In this document: positions 35,834-42,782 of the stretch, piece by piece
Numbering within the stretch: the stretch's first letter is position 1
Layout: every line of letters starts with the position of its first letter
DNA from: a virus
Length of the DNA stretch: 64,000 nt
IMG/VR virus record: IMGVR_UViG_3300036852_000353
Location: 16,435 to 80,434 of that record
Direction: 5' to 3' (one strand)
The notes under the pieces: model-generated
What the model saw: the letters and a program-made list of their open reading frames with translations, nothing else
What the model was told of the DNA's origin: nothing
Database searches by the model: none
Position numbers and translations under genes: made by a program

Positions 35834-37504
35834 TCAATCGCCCTGGGACACCGCATCCCAGGGCCAGACGCCCGCCACTCCCGCTTCGAGCATCGGGATC
35901 AGCTTGAACGCCTGGTCAGTTAGTCCGCCAAGCGTGAAGCGGGCATCACTGCCGCTCGGCATGGCGGAGGCCGTGTATCCCGCGAAGTTCCACATGTACA
36001 CGGGAACGTTGAGAGGGACGACGGCGTCGATGCGGGTGTGCTCGACGCTGTAGCCGTTCTCGTTGGAGGGCAGGTACCCGGGCTGGGTCTGCTCGTCGGT
36101 GATGATGACGACACGGTCGTGGTTGTTGTAGTGGCGGCGGACAGCGGCGGGGATGTTGGTGCCCCAGTCCTTGCCGAACTGCTCGACCAGGGGCAGCACA
36201 CTGGTGCCCTTCTTGACCGTGATCTCCCGGGACTGGCCGTGAAATTCGACCAGGGTCGGGATCTCGGCACGTACAGCCAGCGCGGACCCGAAAACAGCGG
36301 CCTGGTCGGCGCGGGAGATGTCTTTCATCTTCATGTTCGGGAACTTGTGATCCCAGTCGGGGAACATCGACGGGCTGCGGTCCACGAGGATCAGCGTGCG
36401 CCCGCCGAGGGAGGGCACGTTGGCCAGTGAGTGGTTCAGTGCCTGTTCCAGCGGATAGGCCCAGCGCAGCAACCCGGCGTCCTTCGTCGCGCGGTGGGCG
36501 GCGAGAAAGCGGAAGGGGAACTGCCGCGACCGCGCGATGACGTCGGCGTCGGTCAGCGCGGACACGATCTGCTGGGCGACCTTGTCAGAGACCCCTGCCT
36601 GGTCGAAGTTCCGCAAATTGCGGATCTGCGACATGATGCCCATGGACGGGATCATCGCTTCCCAGGCCGCCTTGTCCAATGGGCCCTGCAGCCATCCGGC
36701 CAACGCCTCCCACGTCATCCCCGCTTTGGCGAGGATCTCCGGACCGTCGGGGCCGGTGACCACCGCACGGCGTTCCTCGACCGGCATCTCCATCAGCCTC
36801 TTGCGTGCCGTGAGTGTCCGGTTCGAGTCGGGCGGTACCGCGGTGTCGGGGTGGTGGCGGCGGTCGAGGGCGTATTGGAAGACGTCGCCCTGCCACGGCT
36901 TGTCGGGGTCCGGCGACGCGTGCACCAGGTTGAGGATGTCGCCGAAGCGGTAGCCCTTGGACGCGGTGTCGTACTTCAGCAGCGCCTTGCCGTTGTAGAG
37001 ACGGCGTACGGCGTCGGCGATGCCGCGCTTGACGGGCTTGGGTACGTTGCGGCCGTACGTGGACGTCCAGTAGGCGAGCAGCTCGCCGGGCTCGTCGGCG
37101 CGCTGCAGCACGGAGTCGATGACCTTGCGCGAGCCGAGCTGGTTGTGCTGGAGGCGTTCGGCGGTGAACTCGGCCGCACCAACGAGGGCGGCAGTGCGCA
37201 TGTTGCCCGGTCCGCGGAGCCACTTGAGCATGTCGGCTGTCCAGACCGGGTCTTCCACGGTGGTCTTGCGGATGAGGCGGGCGAAGCGGCTGTCACGGTC
37301 GATGCCCGACTCGTGGAGATGGTCCTTGCCGTCCAGGAGGGCACCGGACGCCATGAGGAATAGCTCACCCTGTGCGGTACGTGTCCATCCCGGCGCGCCG
37401 AGGGCGGTCGTGGTGTCGGGGGTCTTGGAGACCGTGGCGATGGGACTCGTGGTCGTGGCGACCGGAGGCTTGGTCTTGTGGCTGGTGGTGTTGAAGCGGG
37501 CCAC
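35834..37504 (-). CDS. Ro60/Rsr-like TROVE-domain RNA-binding protein with vWA domain
   Basis: ELFL, LRGPGNMRTAALVGAAE, RADEPGE, KYD, LRNFDQAG, RQFPFRF; vWA LILVDRSPSM and VVIITDEQ. Confidence 0.93.
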   Translation of the reverse strand: MARFNTTSHKTKPPVATTTSPIATVSKTPDTTTALGAPGWTRTAQGELFLMASGALLDGKDHLHESGIDRDSRFARLIRKTTVEDPVWTADMLKWLRGPGNMRTAALVGAAEFTAERLQHNQLGSRKVIDSVLQRADEPGELLAYWTSTYGRNVPKPVKRGIADAVRRLYNGKALLKYDTASKGYRFGDILNLVHASPDPDKPWQGDVFQYALDRRHHPDTAVPPDSNRTLTARKRLMEMPVEERRAVVTGPDGPEILAKAGMTWEALAGWLQGPLDKAAWEAMIPSMGIMSQIRNLRNFDQAGVSDKVAQQIVSALTDADVIARSRQFPFRFLAAHRATKDAGLLRWAYPLEQALNHSLANVPSLGGRTLILVDRSPSMFPDWDHKFPNMKMKDISRADQAAVFGSALAVRAEIPTLVEFHGQSREITVKKGTSVLPLVEQFGKDWGTNIPAAVRRHYNNHDRVVIITDEQTQPGYLPSNENGYSVEHTRIDAVVPLNVPVYMWNFAGYTASAMPSGSDARFTLGGLTDQAFKLIPMLEAGVAGVWPWDAVSQGD

Positions 37505-37551
37505 GCCTGTCCTTCCTTGTCATCGCACCAGCCGGTGGCTGGTGATCAGGT

Positions 37552-37683
37552 GTCCCCGAGATCAGGTCGGTATCGGAACAAGGCGTCTTGGGCCACTCGA
37601 CCACACCAGCAAGCTGGCGACGGGATTCGAACCCGCGTCTCCCTCTGGAAAGGAGAAGTAGCCGATACCTTCGCACCGGGGAC
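37552..37683 (-). ncRNA. Y RNA, YrlA-like (permuted tRNA-like domain), copy A
   Basis: GTCCCC-GGTGCGAAGG 5' strand pairs with CCTGATCTC-GGGGAC 3' strand; inside, a T-arm (GCGGG TTCGAAT CCCGT) precedes a closed acceptor-like stem and a D-arm. Confidence 0.85.
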
Positions 37684-37687
37684 GTCG

Positions 37688-37765
37688 TGGGAGATGAGGG
37701 ATTCGAACCCTCTCGCGACCGGGGCCTGCCGGTGCTTCAGCCGTGTGTCTGGCCAGGACTCTCCC
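37688..37765 (-). ncRNA. Aberrant tRNA-like RNA (Ser-like acceptor, T-arm and long variable arm; irregular D and anticodon arms)
   Basis: GGGAGA/TCTCCC-A acceptor, GAGGG TTCGAAT CCCTC T-arm. Confidence 0.55.
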
Positions 37766-37780
37766 GTGTTCAGTTATATG

Positions 37781-37816
37781 CTGACGGGCTGCGGGAACCA
37801 CCCCGCAGCCCGTCAG
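37781..37816. other. Perfect 15-bp hairpin inside the RNA array
   Basis: ctgacgggctgcggg-aaccac-cccgcagcccgtcag. Confidence 0.8.
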
Positions 37817-37848
37817 TGTGGCCGGACCCACCCGGATACCAGACCAAG

Positions 37849-37923
37849 TGGAACATGGGGGAATCGAACCCCCGACCTCTCGCTTTTCAGACGAGCGCTC
37901 TCTCCGAGCTGAGCTAATGTTCC
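37849..37923 (-). tRNA. tRNA-Phe (GAA)
   Basis: GGAACAT/ATGTTCC acceptor, CT-GAA-AA loop, canonical D and T arms. Confidence 0.93.
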
Positions 37924-38055
37924 GGGTGACCCCTCCCTGTGACGGAAGGGGCAGCGCGACTCGGGACGATCACTCCGGGGTATTCAAGGAAGTGACTCCA
38001 TCACGCTTCTCCAGCGGCCCGTGAAGGCGTACTGCACTGGAGCCGATTTCGGTTG

Positions 38056-38130
38056 TAGGGCCTGGAGGACTTGAACCTCCGACCACTTGCGTATCAGGCA
38101 AGTGCTCTAACCGGGCTGAGCTAAGACCCC
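38056..38130 (-). tRNA. tRNA-Ile (GAT)
   Basis: CTTGC-CT-GAT-AC-GCAAG; canonical cloverleaf. Confidence 0.93.
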
Positions 38131-38133
38131 TAG

Positions 38134-38279
38134 GTGCCTGAGATCAAGATCGACGACACTGTTCGTACCAATGCTCTACCAACTGAGCTACCGGACAGAG
38201 GGGGGAGCTGCCCGGACAGGACTTGAACCTGTGACCTTTGGTTCCCTGTGAAGTAGGTATCGTCTGTCGCACCAGGCAC
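38134..38279 (-). ncRNA. Y RNA, YrlA-like, copy B
   Basis: GTGCCT-GGTGCGACAG / CTTGATCTC-AGGCAC terminal helix; ACAGG TTCAAGT CCTGT T-arm before TAGCTCAGTTGGTAGAGC D-arm. Confidence 0.88.
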
Positions 38280-38288
38280 ATGATGTGA

Positions 38289-38358
38289 CTGTCTGAGATC
38301 AGATCGGCGTCAGGGGGGACTTTTATCAGAAGTACCCTGTTGCCTGCGCACCAGACAG
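38289..38358 (-). ncRNA. Short Y RNA without a tRNA-like domain, copy C
   Basis: CTGTCT-GGTGCGCAGGC / GCCGATCTGATCTC-AGACAG; TACTTCT loop. Confidence 0.75.
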
Positions 38359-38369
38359 AAGTCATGCGC

Positions 38370-38447
38370 GCGCCTGAGGTCAAGAGTGGGCGTTCCGGCG
38401 TGATTTCACCAGAAGAAGTAGCCGGGGGTGCCGTTCGCACCAGGCGC
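38370..38447 (-). ncRNA. Short Y RNA, copy D
   Basis: GCGCCT-GGTGCGAACGG / CTTGACCTC-AGGCGC; CTACTTCTTCT loop. Confidence 0.75.
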
Positions 38448-38478
38448 ACAATGGTTGGCACTCTGTTGAGTTGTCTAG

Positions 38479-38553
38479 GACAGACGACGGGATTTGAACC
38501 CGCACTGCCCCCTCGCATGGCGGGGGCGTGCTGCCAACTACACCACGTCCGTC
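38479..38553 (-). tRNA. Atypical tRNA with His identity (G-1:C73) and ATG at the centre of the anticodon loop
   Basis: 8-bp acceptor GACGGACG/CGTCTGTC; CCCCC-GCCATGCGA-GGGGG anticodon arm; normal D and T arms. Confidence 0.6.
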
Positions 38554-38557
38554 AGGT

Positions 38558-38697
38558 GTACTGCCCGAGATCAAGTCGACGACGCGTTCGTAAGCGCTCT
38601 GCCAGACTGAGCCACCGGCCGACAGCCGGGCGGGATTTGAACCCGCGACCTCTCCATTAACGGTGGAAGAATTCGTCATCTGCGCACCGGGCAGTAT
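38558..38697 (-). ncRNA. Y RNA, YrlA-like, copy E
   Basis: TACTGCCC-GGTGCGCAG / CTTGATCTC-GGGCAGTA; GCGGG TTCAAAT CCCGC T-arm before TGGCTCAGTCTGGCAGAGC D-arm. Confidence 0.88.
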
Positions 38698-38769
38698 TGA
38701 GCGGCCCACCTTGGCGGGTGGCCCACCCTCGGTTGCACTCAGGCCTTGAGATGCCACCGAAATTTTGGT

Positions 38770-38847
38770 TCGAACGGCAGAGGTCCGTGGCGTCGCCGGG
38801 TCGTATCTTGGAAGGAAGGAACCGGCTCCTTCGCACCTGCCGTTCGA
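38770..38847 (-). ncRNA. Short Y RNA, copy F
   Basis: TCGAACGGCA-GGTGCGAAGG / GACCTC-TGCCGTTCGA; TTCCTTCCTTCC loop. Confidence 0.72.
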
Positions 38848-38855
38848 GTGCGTTC

Positions 38856-38883
38856 ACACTATCACCGCCGGTGACTCTGTCAA
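38856..38883 (-). promoter_or_regulatory. Sigma70-type promoter heading the Y RNA/tRNA array
   Basis: TTGACA-N16-TAGTGT with extended TG; predicted start a few nt before copy F. Confidence 0.65.
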
Positions 38884-38943
38884 CGCGCTTTCTTGCTTTA
38901 GTCGGCTGAAAGTTCTGACCGGGTTTCAGAACGCTGCCTCATG

Positions 38944-39282
38944 TCAACTAGCTTTGGCCATAGGTTTGTTGACGGTGCGCAGCGGGATCGTGGTTTCCGT
39001 GTCGTCGCTGTCGAACGAATGGCTGGTCGGCATATTTCGCATGACCTCGTTGATGTCGTCCTGAAGGTAGAACGTGTTGTTCTCGCCTTGCAGGCGGCGC
39101 AGTTCTCCGCGCAGGAACTTGACATCTGAAGTCAGTGAAAGGTTGTGCTCCTGTGAGGACTTGTAGGCCTGGTAGATCTCCTGCATCCGGCGGTTGATGC
39201 GTCTCTTGCCTCTGCCGGGGGAGATGACACCGATGGCGAAGGTCAGCAGCCAGAAGACACGGCCGGGTTTGCGTGGTGCCAT
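38944..39282 (-). CDS. Membrane-anchored coiled-coil protein
   Basis: N-terminal hydrophobic stretch; GACAAGGAAGG RBS. Confidence 0.65.
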   Translation of the reverse strand: MAPRKPGRVFWLLTFAIGVISPGRGKRRINRRMQEIYQAYKSSQEHNLSLTSDVKFLRGELRRLQGENNTFYLQDDINEVMRNMPTSHSFDSDDTETTIPLRTVNKPMAKAS

Positions 39283-39326
39283 AGGCGGTGTACGCCTTCC
39301 TTGTCATGGCATGTCCTGATGTCCGA

Positions 39327-39695
39327 TCAGGCGGCCAGGGTGCCCTTGTCGTCCGTGGACGGTTCGGTGCCCGTGATGCGCTGTGTCTGCTCCTGCGGGG
39401 CGGCGCTGTGCACGCCCCGATGTCGGAGGTAACTGGCGTACCAGTTTTCGACCTCGGTCAGGTCGAAGACGGAGCGTCCCTTGCCTCCGTTGGCCGTTCC
39501 TGTTGTCTGGACGGCTTCAGGAAAATCGTTGAAGTGGCGGTAGTGCCACCACTTGTGTACTAGCTGTCGGCTGATCGGACGTGGACGAGTCGGGTAGAGC
39601 TTGTTGAGGTGTTCCGCCGCCTTGGCGAAGCCCCCCCGGTCAGCAGTGCCGTCGTCGTCTACAACCGGTTCAGCCGGACGTTCCTTGTCAGTCAT
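39327..39695 (-). CDS. Excisionase/AlpA-like HTH protein
   Basis: ISRQLVHKWW...DFPEAV...FDLTEVENWY. Confidence 0.6.
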   Translation of the reverse strand: MTDKERPAEPVVDDDGTADRGGFAKAAEHLNKLYPTRPRPISRQLVHKWWHYRHFNDFPEAVQTTGTANGGKGRSVFDLTEVENWYASYLRHRGVHSAAPQEQTQRITGTEPSTDDKGTLAA

Positions 39696-40081
39696 CCGTA
39701 CCTCCCCGTGTTGCATGCGGTGGTGCGGGGGCCGGATGTGGACCGGCACAGGGGTCTGGTTTTCCGCCAGGCTGGGCTACCCCGCGTTGGTGTACCGCGT
39801 ATTGAGAGCAGGCCCACAGTAGACACGAGTAGACGCAGATGCGCCTGCGGGTCTGTCACTTTTGTGCAACGCCTGTATACGGACTGTGTCACAGCCGTTG
39901 CGGGAAGCTGCCGGTCCCTGTGTGCCCGGCAGCTACAGAATGCAGGTTATCCCCCGGCACACGCGCGACGACACAGGCAGGCTCACGGTGGTCCGTCAAG
40001 AATCAGCGGTGATCTCACCCTAACAGGTAAGGGTCGTGTGTTGAAGGAGTGAAGCAGGAGGTGGGACGGCGTGTCGGAGCG

Positions 40082-40603
40082 TCAGAACGGGGGCAGTCCG
40101 GGGGCGTTGGGGTCGGCCACCGGACCGGGCGCGGGCGCGGTGGCCATCGCCATCGGGTCCGGGGCGGGCGGCGCCACGGGACCGGCCGATACCACGGGTG
40201 GCAGAATCCGGATGTCCTCCACCTCTTCGTCGCTGTTCTTCTTCTTCCGGCGGCCGACCTGGGCGCGGGCGGTGCGGCCCTTGAGGGCGGCGATGACAGC
40301 GTCGTCGCTCGGCTCGGCCTCGAAGAAGCCGTCGTCGAGGCCGAGAGCGGCCATCTCTTTCAGCCAGATCGCGACGAGGCCCGGGTACTGCTCGATGACC
40401 GTGTCCGAGAGGGTCATCCAGTTCTTGAACTTCCGTCCGGCCAGCGGGCCGGTGGTCACCTCGAACTGGACGATGAAGCCCATGCCGCCCTTGCTCGGCT
40501 TCTCGGCGTCCACCACCTTCACGTCGTAGGCGCCGACGGGGAACAGCTCGAATCCGGCGTCGCGTCGCTTCGCCAGCAGGTCTCGGTAAAAGGCATTCGC
40601 CAC
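40082..40603 (-). CDS. DUF669-like (SSB-like OB-fold) protein
   Basis: FPVGAYDVKVVDAE...QFEVTTGPLAGRKF; downstream of the AAA and exonuclease genes; start could be 40615. Confidence 0.7.
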   Translation of the reverse strand: MANAFYRDLLAKRRDAGFELFPVGAYDVKVVDAEKPSKGGMGFIVQFEVTTGPLAGRKFKNWMTLSDTVIEQYPGLVAIWLKEMAALGLDDGFFEAEPSDDAVIAALKGRTARAQVGRRKKKNSDEEVEDIRILPPVVSAGPVAPPAPDPMAMATAPAPGPVADPNAPGLPPF

Positions 40604-40604
40604 T

Positions 40605-41096
40605 TTAGTCACCATCTTTCCGATTTCGCCTGGATTGCCAGGCTTTGCGCGTGTTCTCGGATCGCTGCTCAGGAGTGAGTGATGCATTCCATGCCCGCTG
40701 GGTCTCGCTCCGTCGAGCCCGTTGAGCATCGGTGAACCTGCGCCCCACGTTCGCGGCGCGCAACTTCTCGAACACGCCGTCGTAGGTGAAGTGGCAGGAC
40801 ACACACATGGCTTGGTAGTGCTCGTAGGGATCGAGACCGTCGGTGTCGTGGATCTGCGCCCAGTGCTTTGCCCCGGATCCGCACTCGCAGCACTGTTGAT
40901 CAGCCGCCTTGCCACGTGTCTCCCAGACGCGCGCATGGCGCGCTTGGTATCCCACGGGCGAGTCGCCGTGCTTACCACACGCGCAGTCCGGCTCGCACTT
41001 CCGCATCCTGTGGCGTGCGCAGACGCACCCGGGCTCACAGAAGACACCCCGGTGACGACCGCATGTACAACCCGGCGGACACTTCGGGCGTTTCAT
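40605..41096 (-). CDS. HNH endonuclease with three CxxxCxCxxH repeats
   Basis: KCPPGCTCGRH / FCEPGCVCARH / KCEPDCACGKH; CCECG...CVSCHFTYD. Confidence 0.8.
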   Translation of the reverse strand: MKRPKCPPGCTCGRHRGVFCEPGCVCARHRMRKCEPDCACGKHGDSPVGYQARHARVWETRGKAADQQCCECGSGAKHWAQIHDTDGLDPYEHYQAMCVSCHFTYDGVFEKLRAANVGRRFTDAQRARRSETQRAWNASLTPEQRSENTRKAWQSRRNRKDGD

Positions 41097-41824
41097 GCGG
41101 CTGGCGCCTCGTCATCCATGCTGCCGTGAATCACGGAGAGCATGTCCGTGATGCTGGGGTTGTCGATAAACCGACCCAGTCGTCCGCCCACGCGTTCACC
41201 GGTTGCGTAACCCTGGGCCGGTCCGATCAGGAGCCGGTGGACTGCGGTGCCATCCTCTTGGGGGAGCGCCGCCAGATATGTCAGCAAATCGACATAATAG
41301 GGCAAAGTGACCTTCAGCTGGCCCTGCACGAAGGGGAACCAGGTGCCGTCCTGGCGCTGGTTGGTCATGGCGATGAACAGCACCGCGTCGAGTGGCTTGA
41401 CGGGGTGGGTGACGAGGTCGCGGAGGTTGCGGATCAGGAGCGAGGCCTTGCGGAGCATCTCGCCCCAGTCCTTGATCTCCAGCGGGTGGTCGCCCTTGAG
41501 GCTGTCGGCGAGGCGTTGCTGGACCTCGGAGATGGAGTCGACGACGACGCTGCGGAAGGGGTGCTGGCCGGTGTTGAGCCACTCGTAGGCCTTCTCCACC
41601 GCGCGGTATTCGCGGACGGTGACCAGGCAAGAGTCCCAGGTTCCGTCGTGCTCGGGGATCTTGTCGGTCAGCGGGTTCCAGTAGATCTTCCGGGAAGGGG
41701 TGAAGCGGGAGCCCATCTCGGCGTCCAGGACGAGTCGCGGTGCGGGGGTGGTGTCTCCGAGGTAGGACTTCCCGGCGCCCTTCGGGCCGTGGACGATCAT
41801 CGAGATGCCGGGCATGTCAGCCAT
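41093..41824 (-). CDS. AAA ATPase, Sak4-like annealing protein
   Basis: HGPKGAGKS Walker A, VVVDSISE Walker B. Confidence 0.85.
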   Translation of the reverse strand: MADMPGISMIVHGPKGAGKSYLGDTTPAPRLVLDAEMGSRFTPSRKIYWNPLTDKIPEHDGTWDSCLVTVREYRAVEKAYEWLNTGQHPFRSVVVDSISEVQQRLADSLKGDHPLEIKDWGEMLRKASLLIRNLRDLVTHPVKPLDAVLFIAMTNQRQDGTWFPFVQGQLKVTLPYYVDLLTYLAALPQEDGTAVHRLLIGPAQGYATGERVGGRLGRFIDNPSITDMLSVIHGSMDDEAPAA

Positions 41825-42782
41825 GCGTGCCCCCTTCCGGCGAGGACATGCCGATGGCCGCCTTCACCTGAGCGAGAAGATCGAGCTTGCGATATGCGTA
41901 TGCGTCGGCGTTCTCGATGAACTCGGCGCGCATCGCGTCCTCGACGCGGGAGCCGTCGTCGAACAGCGGACACATGTTGACGAAGGGGCAGTCCCAGTCG
42001 CAGCGGTCCGGGATGGGGTTGTGGTAGGCGACGAGGCGGTGGTCGACGCCTGCATTGAGCTGGCGGACCACCCGGTCCATGTCGTCCATGATCCCGGTGA
42101 TGCGGGTGAGGGCGTTCTTGCGCTCGACCTCGTTGTATCTGATATGAACCTGGTCGTAGAACGGGCCGGTGGCGCGGGCGGTGCGCTTGGAGCGGAGCAT
42201 CATCGTGTAGAGAGCGCCGTCGACCCGCTCGTCCTTGTTGGACAGGTCCAGGAGGGTGGAGTAGATCAGCATCTGGGGATCGAGCATGATCCGGTTTGCC
42301 TTGCTGAGAGTGCCGACCGTTTTCCAGTCCCTCAGCTGCAGGGCGCCGTCCAGGGTGCGGCGGACGATCTGGTCGAGTTTGCCGTGGATGCGGGCCATCG
42401 ATCCGTTGGTGAGCAGGATGTAGGTGTCGATCTCCTGCTCGGTGGAGACGACTTCGTGCTGTTCGTCGAGTCCGTTCTCTGCGGCCCACTCCATGAATCC
42501 CGCGATCATGATCGTGGCGTAGTCCTGCTCGCCCGTCAGTTCCGCCGCATACTCGGGCCGCTGACTGCGGGCGATGTCGTAGATGATGGCGACCGAGGCG
42601 AACGGGTCGATGTCGTACCCGTAGTACCCCTCCATGGCAGCGTGAATGCGGGTGCCGAGAAGGGCGGCGCCGACGGGCTTGGCACGCATCGGGTCGACGC
42701 CCCACTTGAAGTAGTAGGTGAGTGCCCACTGCCGACGACAGCGCAAGAATTTGGCGAGTTCCGAAGGGCTGGCGCTGAGCAT
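41817..42782 (-). CDS. PD-(D/E)XK (Cas4/RecB-like) exonuclease
   Basis: SPSEL..FLRCRRQW, GTRIH, GKLDQIV, DWKT, C-terminal C..DCPF...C. Confidence 0.9.
   Translation of the reverse strand: MLSASPSELAKFLRCRRQWALTYYFKWGVDPMRAKPVGAALLGTRIHAAMEGYYGYDIDPFASVAIIYDIARSQRPEYAAELTGEQDYATIMIAGFMEWAAENGLDEQHEVVSTEQEIDTYILLTNGSMARIHGKLDQIVRRTLDGALQLRDWKTVGTLSKANRIMLDPQMLIYSTLLDLSNKDERVDGALYTMMLRSKRTARATGPFYDQVHIRYNEVERKNALTRITGIMDDMDRVVRQLNAGVDHRLVAYHNPIPDRCDWDCPFVNMCPLFDDGSRVEDAMRAEFIENADAYAYRKLDLLAQVKAAIGMSSPEGGTHG

Noticed and set aside
34698-37661. Several plus-strand ORFs over TerD, TROVE and the RNA array
   Set aside because: Shadow frames; no RBS or motifs; the RNA structures explain the sequence
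38700-38765. Hairpins between Y RNA copies E and F as another Y RNA
   Set aside because: They lack the GGTGCG/GATCTC helix and pyrimidine tract; treated as spacer structure
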